NCBI GenBank assembly: GCA_963798085.1
Contig: CAWCRS010000007.1
Coordinates: 1-64,000 of the forward strand
Origin: an uncultured Gemmatimonadales bacterium
GTDB taxonomy: Bacteria; Gemmatimonadota; Gemmatimonadetes; Longimicrobiales; RSA9
Length of the DNA: 64,000 bases
Direction: 5' to 3'
The position numbers were made by a program, and so were the translations under genes. Below the pieces are notes generated by a model that worked only from the letters and a program-made list of their open reading frames with translations, searched no databases and had not been told where the DNA came from. This document shows, one piece after another, positions 1 to 10,243 of the stretch; position 1 is the stretch's first letter; each line of letters opens with the position of its first letter.

Positions 1-790
1 TTCCCACACCGGCGAGTAGAGCAATCAGGCCGCTGCGGGAAGCGCTCGCTTCATTCACTGCTGGCGAGGTGAAGCCCATGGCCGGCCGCGAGATCCGGGC
101 TCACCCGGCTGCACAGCCACATGGCTAAGGATACAGACCCGAGGTGTCGAGCTCCGGGTGACTCCCATGACCCTGGACCTCGCCAGCAAGCTGCCGGAGG
201 TCGCGTGGTGAACCTCGGCGAGCGGGCTTCAAGGTGGGGCGCATGCCGGGGGAGCCCTTGGGTGCGGCCTCGCCCCGGCGTGGAGTACACGTGCGGCAGG
301 AGCTCCTACGCCTTCCGGGACCGCGACAGCCACCCTGGTCTGGAGATCGAGCCCGCACGTACCTCGTCGCCGACTCCCCGGCTCCGTGGTCACCTCGTGG
401 ACGTGGTGGACACGGGTCCCGACGGCTACCTCTTCGCCAAGCTGGACACGGGGATGCCGGAGGTGGCTGCACCGTGCTGGCTCCCGCGAGAAGCCAGCCC
501 CCGCTGCGGGTGCTCGCCGAGGGCCGGGAGGAGGCGGGCGTCGTCTTCGTCGGCCCGTGCTGCGAGTGGGGACATCCTCACCCCGGCCCCCGGCGATCCC
601 GAGGCCCTGGCCCTCCGCCGGGTGGCCCAGGCCGCGCATCGGCAACCTGGTGCGCTGGCCATGGGCTCCGGCGCCTACTGTGCGGCCATGTCCACCATCA
701 ACTACAACTCCTATCCCCAGGCTCCCAGAGGTGATGCTGAGCCCGACGGCGCCTGCCCTCCTCGCCGAGCGGGCCGGCCCTGAGGCGGAT
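1..790 (+). CDS. lysA: Diaminopimelate decarboxylase, C-terminal part (multiple frameshifts, 5' truncated)
   Basis: Motifs spread across frames: VVNLG(G)GF, LEIEP..TYLVADS, LDTGMPE, VVFVGPCCE/SGDILTP, GAYCAAMSTINYNSYPQAPEV. All are typical of LysA. Indels are probably read errors. Confidence 0.8.
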
Positions 791-1028
791 TCTGAGAGAG
801 CGAGGCCTGATCTCCGCCCGGTGGGGGCCGGGCTGCGAGCTGGAGCCCCGGCGGCGTGGCCACCCGCGGCCGCCCCGTGGGGCAGCCCCGCGCTCCGCCC
901 TCCGGTACGGTTCTGGCCCCTGATTTCAGCGGTTTCCTCCAGATTCCTTCCGACCGCAATGGGCATGACCGTTGACTCCTACGTGGCAGACCAACCCGAC
1001 GTGACGCGGTGAGACGATCGGCCCGCGA

Positions 1029-2287
1029 ATGCGGGCGAGGGGTGGCGGGCAGGCCGGAGCCCGCGAGCGCAAGCCCATCACAGGAGGAGCTGGCCCGTCG
1101 GCACGCAGACTGCCCGCCGTCATCCTGGCCCTGTTCGTCGTCGGCGTCCTCGCCGGCGCCGCGCAGGCCGCGGACACCGTGAAGTGGTCTGCATCGATCC
1201 CCTGGGCGTTGCGGCGACGGCGGGGAGGGAGAACGGCGGCGGACTCTGAGGCCGAGCACCTGAACGGGGCGGGGGGTCCTGGGACGGAAGTTCGAGGTCA
1301 TCGGCTACGACGACGGGTGAACCCCGGAGTGCTGATCCGCTGCGAGGGTCGTCGCCGGCCTGCGCTCGTCGTGCGGGCGACGAGCCGAGCCGTGGCCCAC
1401 GCCATATCCAGACGCCGTCCTCAAGCACAACGGCGGAACCCCGCAAGCGGTACGCTGCCTCCGATTGCTCCGCCATCGATCCCGCCCTGTTTCGAGCCAA
1501 ACAGGAAGATGCAGGTCTGGCACTCCGGTCAACGCCGAACTTGGACGATGAAGATGGCGGCGCGACTGAGGCCACCCCGATCAAGAAGATGCTCATCATC
1601 ACCAGGACTCCTTCGGGAAGGCCGTGGCCGAGGCCGCCGGTGAGCATGCTCAAGCAGAAGCGGCCGGACATCCAGATGGTCGGGGGAACGGGCTCCACCC
1701 CAGTGGAGAGGGAGAGGTAAGAACTTGCTGCAGTCCAGAAGATCACTCGCCCTCGGGGCCGACGCCGTCATCACCGGCAACTGGGGCGCGGACATGGTGA
1801 ACCTGGCCAAGGCCGCCAACGACGGCGGACTCGAGGTCCCGTCTACACCTACTCCAGCACTCAACAACTACATCGCCGCGGCCATCGGGGCGGCGAGATG
1901 ACGCATCCGGCTGGTGCACAACGCCCGCCCGGAAACCCAACGCCCCCAAGCCCCTGGCCGACTACATCCGGAAAATATCAAAGCTCTATCCCAAACAACG
2001 ACATCAACCCGTGCGCGTCGACCTCATCGAACATGCTCGGCGGGCCATCAAGCGGGCGGGCACGGTGAACGCGGACAAGGTGGCGGCGGCCCTGGAAGGG
2101 ATGGAGTCGACGAACTCCAGCGGTGACCGGGTGGTGCTGCGGCCAAGACCACCAAGCTCCTAATCCCATCTACATCTCCGTGCACACCAACAAGAACATT
2201 ACCGCCTTCGACTCCGACAACTCGGACTCGGCCTCCTGCTGGAGCACAAGATCGAGATGGACAAGGCCACGCTGCCGACCACGTGAG
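1029..2287 (+). CDS. Branched-chain amino acid ABC transporter substrate-binding protein (frameshifted)
   Basis: Signal peptide (VILALFVVGVLAGAAQAADTVK), HLNGAGG.LGRKFEVIGYDD and GADAVITGNWGADMVNL in shifting frames; lies upstream of LivH/LivM-like permeases. Boundaries approximate. Confidence 0.65.
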
Positions 2288-2349
2288 GGACTGAGGGCGC
2301 CGGGGGCCTAGCGGCGGCGGGCGCGCCGGCGCGCTGCCGCCCCCCATCC

Positions 2350-3285
2350 CCCGGCGCCCGCTGCTCAAGCTGGTCCTCTTCTCCCGCTCCTGGAACGGGC
2401 TACATCTCGGCCTGCTGCTGTTCATGCTGACCACGCGGGCTGACCCTGATCTTTTGGGATGATGGGGGTGCTGAACTCGCCCACGCCGCCTTCTACATGC
2501 TAGGGTGATCTTTTGGCCTCCATCTCCCTCTACACCGGCTTCTGGGCGGGGCTGGTGGGGCGCCTGGTGGTCAGGGGCTCCTGGGGGCCCTGACGGCGTC
2601 GGCTTCGCCGGTGCACCGCTGGCGTCGCCGCTGATCTTCACCTTCGGGGTGGCCATCGTCATCACCGGGCTGCGGCGCCGTCCGCTGGTCTGGGGGCGCC
2701 CCGCCGCAAGAGCTACGAGGGCCCCGCGGCCCTGGACTTCCCGCTCTTCCACCTGCTGACAGCTCCACGTACAAGGCCTTCATGCTGATCATCTCCGCGG
2801 CCATCTTCCTGTTCCTGCTGGTGGTCCTCGCCCGGACCCGGGCCGGCCTCGTCGTCGGCCTCGCGCCCGTCCGGGGATGGTGGCCATGCTCGGGCACAAC
2901 GTGCCGCGGGCTTCCATGATCGTCTTCAGCGTCGGCTCGGCCCTGGCCGGGCTGGCCGGGGTGATCCGCCAGTACCGTCCTCGGCGCCCTTCCCGGCATG
3001 GCCCAGGTCCTGGGCGGCGTCGTGTTCGTGGTCGTGGTGATCGGGGGTCTCGGCTCGCTGACCAGTCCTTGGCTGCCCTCCTCATCGGGATGGTGGAGAA
3101 CCTTGCGCTGGCCCTGGACGTCTCGGTGGGCAACGTCGTCCAGGGGCTCTCGGGGTCCCCCGTCGAGGGTCTGCCCGGCCTCCAGACCTCTGGCAGCGCC
3201 CGTGGCCGGGTCGCCCATCCTCCATCTGCTGCTCCTGCTGGTCCTGATCGTGCGGCCCGCGGGCTGTTGGAGCCGGGAGACGTGA
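2350..3285 (+). CDS. Branched-chain amino acid ABC permease, LivH-like (frameshifted)
   Basis: NGLHLGLLLFML..LTLIFGMMGVLN.AHAAFYML, GSALAGLAG and VFVVVVIGGLGSL motifs. Start approximate. Confidence 0.75.
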
Positions 3286-4432
3286 GCACGCCCGCCTCCG
3301 CCGCCCGCGACCAGGATCGAGCCACCGGGATCCCGGTGGTCGGCTCGCTCCACCGCCGGGTCGGGGTGTGGGCGGTGGCGGCGGTGGGCTGGCCATGTGC
3401 TGCCCTGGTCCATGCTGGGCCCCGTCGGCGGTGCCGGTGATAAACCAGATGGGCGTCGCCGTGGTGTTCGCGCTCGCTCCAACATGCTCCTCGGCCAGGG
3501 AGGTGTTCTCCTCGGCCACGCCGTCTGCTGCGTCGGAGTTCATCGCCGCCCACGCCCTGAACCTCCATGCCAGCAGGGGCTGTGGCTGCCCGCGCCGCTG
3601 CTGCCGGTGGTGGGCGGGGTGGGGGGCCTGCTGTTCCGCGGCGGTGTGGTGCGGACTCCGCGAACCGGGCCCGGCGCGGGTGCTCGCCATGATCTCCCTG
3701 GGCGGTCCGCAGGTCGTCGCGGCCTCGCCCTGATCCTGTCGATCAATTCTCCGAGCTGGCGGGCATCGCCCTCTGAGAACCGGGCGAAGGCCGTGCCCTC
3801 GGGCTCTGCCACTCGCCGCAGGACCGTGGTGCCTACCTCATCGCCTTCTGGGTCCTGGTCAGCGCGATGGCGGTGCCCCTTTCTGCCCGGACCCCGGTGG
3901 GCGCATGGCCAACGCCGTCCGCGACAACCCGGAGCGCGCGGAGTTCGTGGGGTGCGGCCGGCGCTGGGCTCGCTACATCTCCTTCTGCGCCGCGCCTGTT
4001 GGCGAGCCGTGGGCGGGGCTCTTCGCCGTGAACTACGAGATCCTCACCGCGGAGAACATGGGGCTGGGGCCTGCAAGCTGGGTCCTGCTCATGGCGCCCA
4101 TGGGAGATGAGCACTTCGTCGGCCCGTCCTCTCAGGGGCCATCGTGTTCACCTTCCTCCGGTGGATGCTCAGCGACTACACCTGGGTGTCACTCTCTACC
4201 TCGCTGGTGCTGCTGGCCACCGTGCTCTTCGTGCCTCGGCTGGCGCGGTACTGGCCCTGCCGGTCTGGGCCAGCTGGTGGCGGAACGGCCCGGCTCGCTG
4301 GTCGGCCCGTACCTGGCGGCGGCGGTGATGGCAGCCCTGGCCGTGGTGGTCGGACTCATCGGCTATCTGGAGATGATTTACTTCCTGGTCTCGGCACAGC
4401 AGGACCGGCGCAGGGCAGCTACCGGCGATTGA
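3282..4432 (+). CDS. Branched-chain amino acid ABC permease, LivM-like (frameshifted, cut at chimeric junction)
   Basis: NQMGVAVVFAL..NMLLGQGG, ANAVRDNPERAEFVG and hydrophobic TM segments. Confidence 0.7.
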
Positions 4433-4445
4433 CCGTTGCCGCAAC

Positions 4446-4470
4446 TCGTTCAGTTGCGCACCGTATTGCT
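4446..4470 (+). other. Degraded Oxford Nanopore ligation adapter / chimeric junction
   Basis: tcgttcagtt-gcgcac-cgtattgct matches both halves of the adapter ...TTCGTTCAGTTACGTATTGCT. Gene content switches abruptly here. Confidence 0.75.
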
Positions 4471-5609
4471 CAATGCGCGCTTCGAGGGACGCAGTCGCTA
4501 CTTCCAGAATCGCATCCTGGAGCGGCAGTCGCCCGGAAGGCTGGTACGATGAGTACGGCGTCGCCCACCCCGGCTATCAGTCGCACGGCAGCTTCTACCT
4601 CGTGCGACTCTGGCAGCTTTCGGGCGATGATGAGCTCGCCGCCTCGCTTGGACCGCGATCAATGACTCTTCATGGCCTCACTTCGTCCACCCGGATGGCA
4701 GCATGGGCGGCGAGTACGCGAGCCGTAATACTCAGACGTATTATCCGGCGGCCTTCGAGATGTTCGCATTGCGGAGTCGCGCCTCGTCATGGATCGCCGA
4801 GCGCATGCGTGGCTCCGTGGTGGCGATGCCGCGGCAGGCATGAAGGCGGTCGACGCGTACAACTTCTTCCCGATGCTCAACAACCTCGTCTTTGCATACC
4901 GCGCCGTTTCCTCCGGCGATGTACGGGTACCGTGCGATCGAGCCCGAGCGTGGTCTCGGCCTCGTCTGGTTCCCGAAGGCCGGCATCGCCCGCATCCGGC
5001 GCGAAGCGGTACGAGGCCTTCGTGGGCGCGGCCAAGGGCGGTGTCATCAAGGACGTGGAGTCGCGAATGGCCGGCTGCTCCTGAGCGATTGCGGCTGGCT
5101 CGGCCGCACGTTCGACGGGCGGCTGGCCTCGACCCAGTACCAGGATACGACGCGGCACGATGCGCGGGCTTCGACCAGGTCGAAGTCGAGGGGAACCTGT
5201 ATAAGTCCTCGAGGCCGGTCATGAGTCCGGTCCGGTTTCTGGCATTCCGCATCTTCACGTTGACGCTCGGCCGCTGGGCATTGGTCGGGCGCTGGCTGAA
5301 GCAGCAGCTGGTCCGCGTCCTGATCTACCGGCGCAGGAAGCTGCTCCGTGAGTTCCGCCGGACCATTGACTTCGCCGATGACCGATCACGATCGCGGGAC
5401 GAACTGGCCGGCGATCACGAGGGCCGGCTGGAGACGCTGGAACGAAGACCGCTGTTCACGACGATCCACATGGGATCCTCGCGCTACTTCGTGCCGAGCG
5501 GCCTCGAGGCGATGCGGCCGGAGCGGGATGCGGAATCAGCCGTCGAACGGCAGGATCCGGCCCGCACTGGGTAGGGGTCTGCACGTCGTCCGTGACTGTC
5601 GAGGTCTGA
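4471..5609 (+). CDS. Hypothetical protein linked to a glycan-modification locus (5' truncated, frameshifted)
   Basis: Protein-like segments EGWYDEYGVAHPGYQSHGSFYLVRLWQL, AGMKAVDAYNFFPMLNN and LFTTIHMGSSRYF; ends just before asnB. Confidence 0.55.
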
Positions 5610-5612
5610 GCC

Positions 5613-7510
5613 ATGTGCGGCATCTGCGGCCTCACCGGATTCCGCGACGACGCGCTGCTCGAACGCCATGACGACCTCGCTCTGTCATCGCGGGCCGGAC
5701 AGTGCCGGCGATCTGCGCACGGCCAGCAGCCAGCCTCGGCCACCGCCGACTCAGCATCATCGATCTGAGGGTGGCCAGCAGCCGATCGCGAACGAGGAAG
5801 AAACGCTAGCACGTCATTTGCAACGGCGAGATCTCAACTACCGCGAGCTTCGTGCCGGCCTGCTTGAGCGGGGCCACTCGGTTCCGCACTGCATCCGATA
5901 CGGAGGTCATCCTTCACCTCTACGAGGACGAGGGCCCCGCTTCCGTCAGCCGCCTGATCGGCATGTTCGCCTTCGCACTTTGGGATTACGGCGGCAGCAG
6001 CTGCTGGTCGCACGTACCGGGTCGGCATTAAGCCGCTCTACTACGTCGAGCACGCCGGGCGATTCCTCTTCCGTCGGAGATGAAGTCACTGCTCCCACTA
6101 CCGCGGCATTGAGCCGACTCTCGATCCGGCCGCCATCCACACGCTACATGGCCCTGCGCTATGTGCCCGGACCCGGCACGCTGCTGCGCGGGATCTCGAA
6201 GTCCCGGCGGCGCACTACGCCGTCGTGAGGGACGGTCATGCGAGCCTCACGCGTACTGGGAGCCCCGGCTCTTCGGCGGCCGTTCGACCGTAGCGAAGAC
6301 GAGTATCTTGAGGAGTTCGGCGAGCGCTTCGAACGCAGCATGGAACGGCGCCTGATTTCGGATGTCCCACTCGGCGCCTACCTGACGGAGGTCTCGACTC
6401 GAGTGTCATTGTTGCGGCCATGTCGAAGCTGACGAACCAGCCGGTCCGCACGTTCACGGTCGGCTTCGACTACGAGCACGACGAGCTGCCCGAGGCGGCC
6501 GCGACCGCGAAGCACCTCGGCTGCATTCACACCGAGATCGCGTGCGGCATCGAGGAATCGCACTGCTGCCACGCATCGTCTGGCACCTGGACGAGCCGAT
6601 CGGCGATGCCATTGTCATCCCGATGTACATGCTCGCCCGCGAGGCAAAGAAACACGTGACGGTCGTGCTCACGGGCGAGGGTGCCAATGAAACGCTGGGC
6701 GGGTATCTTTTCCATCGCGCGTTGCTCATGGGCCAGTGCCTCGCGCGCACCGTGCCTTCCGCGATCCGGCGCAACGTTCTGTCTCCGGTCCTCGAGCACT
6801 CTCGACGTCGTGGCTGAACGCGGTGTTCGATTATCCGGCGAGCCTGGGCGAGCGCGGAAAACTCAAAGTGCTCGACTTCCTGGCCTCGTCGGGCCCGAGC
6901 ACCTGCCCGAGGCATACCTGCACCTGATCTCGCTGTTCGACGCCGTGATACGGCGGGCCTCTATCGACGAGTTCCGGCGAACCTGAACGGCCGCGGCCTG
7001 CAGGTGGAACGTCGGCGGCGACAGCCGGCCGCGCCGTTCCTGAATCGGGCGCTGCACCTGCAGTTCGATCACTGGCTGCCCGACGACATCCTGATGAAGC
7101 AGGACAAGATGACCATGGCGAGCGCGATCGAGGGCCGTGTCCCGTTCCTCGATCACGAACTGGTCGAGTACTCGCTGACGCTGCCGCCGCAATCAAGATC
7201 CGACGCAGCCGCCGAAATACATCCTGCGAAGGTACGCGGAGCGTCTGCTGCCGAGCGACACGACGTCACGCGGGAAGAAACCATTCTATGCTCCATTCGA
7301 GCAAATACCTGGAGCACCCGGTGTTCCGCGACATCGTCGAGGACACACTGTCGGCGGAGACGGTGAGTCGCCGCGGTTTCTTCCGCCCGGAGGCGATTGC
7401 CCGCCTGCGCAAGGCGACGACTGCCGGCGAGTTCGTGCACGCTGAAGCAGGTGTTCAGCCTGGTCGTGCTCGAGCTGTGGCTGCGCATGGCGTGTGGATG
7501 GAAGCGGCAC
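5613..7510 (+). CDS. asnB: Asparagine synthase (glutamine-hydrolyzing), amidotransferase family (frameshifted)
   Basis: N-terminal MCGICG, HRGPD, SDVPLGAYL, VVLTGEGA(N)E and DKMTMASAIEGRVPFLDH motifs. End approximate. Confidence 0.85.
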
Positions 7511-8612
7511 TCACACGGAGTCGGGGTCGTGGCAACGGGACGGAGAGTCGCTGTCTCGGTCGTCTGCCCGTTCTACAACGAAGCGAGCATCCTCGAGCAG
7601 GCATCCGGACGCTGCTTGGGCGGCTGTCCACGCTGGATCGCCGTGGGAGCTGATCATCGTCAACGACGGCTCGCTGGATGGCTCGGGCACCATTGCAAGG
7701 CGACTGTTGGCGAATATCCCGACCTGCGCGTGCTGGAGTACCGCGTGAACCGCGGTCGAGGCCATGCGCTGCGCACGGGAATTGCCGCGGCGCGAGGCGA
7801 CGTGATCGTAACCACGGAGATCGATCTGTCGTGGGGCGAGGACATTGTTCACCGCCTCGTCGACGCGATGGATCGCTGGCCGGAGGCCGATCTCGTTGTG
7901 GCAAGCCCGAACCTGCCCGGCGGCGCGCTACCGCAATGTTCCCGCGCGGCGGGTCCTTGTCTCGAAGCTCGGCAATCGCATCATCCGTGCGTTCATTGGC
8001 GACCACGTCAGCATGAATACAGGCATGACGCGCGCCTATCGGCGTGAGGTGATCCAGTCGCTGCCCGTCACCGAAGATGGCAAGGAGTTCCATCTCGAGG
8101 TGATCCTCAAGGCGACGGCGTTCGGCTATCGCCTGCGCGAGATTCCGTCCGTGCTCGAGTGGAAGGAATACAAGCTGCGGGGTCAGCGCGTGCAGCGGAA
8201 AAGCAGCTCACGCGTCGGCAAACTCGTCATTTCACACAGCCTGTTCAGCATTTTCGCCAACCCCGTCCAGTACGTCTGGGCGCTGGCGTTCCTCAGCCTG
8301 TTCCTCGGTATTGTCGCGTTCATCTGGGCTGTCGTGCTGCTGGTGCTGCACCTGGTGGCCGCGTACATGGCGCTGATGAGCGTGTCCCTGGTGCTGCTCT
8401 CCATCGTGCTGTTCGTCATGGGAGTGATCCTGCGGCAGGGCAACATGGTGCAGCGCGAGCTGTGGATCCTGCAGCGCGCGCAGCTCACGGGCGGCGGCAT
8501 GCTGACGGCGGAGCAGCGCTCGGCGCTGCGCGACGAACGCGACGCGGGCAGGTCGTCTGGCACAGGAACTCGGCCCGAGCCGGTAACAGGCGGCGGGCGA
8601 CGAAGTCCGTAG
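7498..8612 (+). CDS. Glycosyltransferase family 2 with C-terminal TM helices (frameshifted)
   Basis: VSVVCPFYNE, ELIIVNDGSLDG, NRGRGHALRTG..ARGDVIVTTEIDLS; two C-terminal hydrophobic helices. Confidence 0.85.
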
Positions 8613-8638
8613 CGGCGGCGTCGCCTCGAATCCGCTGA

Positions 8639-9148
8639 TCAGCTGTGGGCTGCCCGCTTGCGGCGCAGCACCAGAACGAACAAGGCGAGGCTGGCCAGCA
8701 TGCCGAGCGCCGGCTCGGCGGCGGCCGAGGGCTCGACCGCCAGTGACCCCACCACACGCAGGGAAACCCAGCGCCATGTGATGCGCAAGATTTCGCCGCC
8801 ATCGCGGCGGCGCACGGCAATGGCGCGTGGCAGGAAACCGAGGCGCGAGAGCTCGAACTCGCGGCCATCCGCCAGTCGGATCGCCCCGCGCATCACACCA
8901 CCCGTGTACTCGGCGGCATCGCGGCCATTGGTCCAGTCGGTGACCAGCACGCGGCGCGAGAAGGGGCCCGCCTTGCGCATCCGCCATGCATCACTGGCCG
9001 CGGCAGCCCGGACCTGGGCGCGGAATGGGTTGAGCCACTCCACGGTTGCCAGCGGCTCGGCGTCGGCGCGCAGCTCGTAGCGGACGGGGATCATGCGGGT
9101 GCGGTGCCAGAGCAGTTCCCGCCCGATGACGTCGCGAATGGGTTTCAT
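8639..9148 (-). CDS. Hypothetical protein (possibly LURP/tubby-like beta fold)
   Basis: Clean 169-aa ORF with ATG start and repeated beta-strand pattern. Confidence 0.6.
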   Translation of the reverse strand: MKPIRDVIGRELLWHRTRMIPVRYELRADAEPLATVEWLNPFRAQVRAAAASDAWRMRKAGPFSRRVLVTDWTNGRDAAEYTGGVMRGAIRLADGREFELSRLGFLPRAIAVRRRDGGEILRITWRWVSLRVVGSLAVEPSAAAEPALGMLASLALFVLVLRRKRAAHS

Positions 9149-9304
9149 GAATGACCCTGCCGGCTGGCGGCAATGGGAGCAAGGGGACAGGCATCAACGA
9201 AATGACAGCACGCGGCGTCAATCCATGGCGCCCGCACGCGGGCAGCAGCAGTTTGCTGGCACCCCCGGCTCATGCGGGCAGCGCCCCACCATCCCGGAGA
9301 TACC

Positions 9305-9988
9305 ATGAGTCGAACCGTAGCAGTCGGTGTGGCGCTCGCGGCAATGTTCGCGGGCGCGCGCGGCCTCGCCGCGCAGAAGAAGGAGGCGACGACGCAGCCC
9401 ACGTTTGTCGGCACGTGGGCGTTCAACGCCTCGAAAAGTGACGATCCGCGCGAGAAGATGGCCGAGGCCATGCGCCCGCGCGTGTCCGGCGCCGAGCCAC
9501 CGCCGGGAGGCAGTGTGGCGCGCGGTGGACGCGGCGGCGCGAGTGGCCGGCGTCCGACCACAGGCGCGGGGGCCGGCAGTGGTGCCAATGGCGGCGGTAC
9601 CGGTGGTGGCGGCGGTGAGGGTCGCGGCGGGCCGGGCGGCATGCGCGCCATGCAGTCGTTCATGCGCAACCCGCAGAAGCTCGTGATCCAGAAGACGGAC
9701 TCTTCGTTCATCATCCAGCGCGATGAACTGCCCGCACTGGAGCTGCCGCTCGATGGCCACGAACTGAAGTTCGGCTCCAATGACGAAGCAGGAAACACCG
9801 AGGTCAAGTACAAGGCTCAATGGAAGGGTGACAAGCTCACCGTGGAGACGCACATCGGTGATGGCACCCACGCGGACGAGACCTACGAAGTGAAGAACAA
9901 CGTCCTTCAGGTGGAGACGCGGCTGACCGGCAGCCGGCTGCCGGCCCCGGTCAAGTTCAAGCGGGTGTTCGATCCGGCCGCAGGCTGA
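9305..9988 (+). CDS. Secreted hypothetical protein with Gly-rich insert
   Basis: GGAG SD, signal peptide MSRTVAVGVALAAMFAGARGLAA, FVGTWAFNASKSD lipocalin-like start, Gly-rich linker. Confidence 0.75.
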   Translation: MSRTVAVGVALAAMFAGARGLAAQKKEATTQPTFVGTWAFNASKSDDPREKMAEAMRPRVSGAEPPPGGSVARGGRGGASGRRPTTGAGAGSGANGGGTGGGGGEGRGGPGGMRAMQSFMRNPQKLVIQKTDSSFIIQRDELPALELPLDGHELKFGSNDEAGNTEVKYKAQWKGDKLTVETHIGDGTHADETYEVKNNVLQVETRLTGSRLPAPVKFKRVFDPAAG

Positions 9989-10243
9989 TGAGTGCGGTGC
10001 AGCGTCGCAGACGTCCAGCGAAGGCTCGCTGCGTCCGCGACGCTGCCGGCCTGTCACATCGTGCGCAGCCGCGAGCGCACCCGGTCGCAGTGCCGCGACC
10101 ATGCGCCTCGCCGCCGCGCTGCCATAACTCGTCACTACACTCGCCGGCACGGCGTGGCGGGCGTCCGTCGAGCGCGTCGGGATCGACGTGTCGGTTCCGG
10201 CGCTCGAGGTTCCCGGGGCCACGGCGCCTGCCGGGCCTACCGG

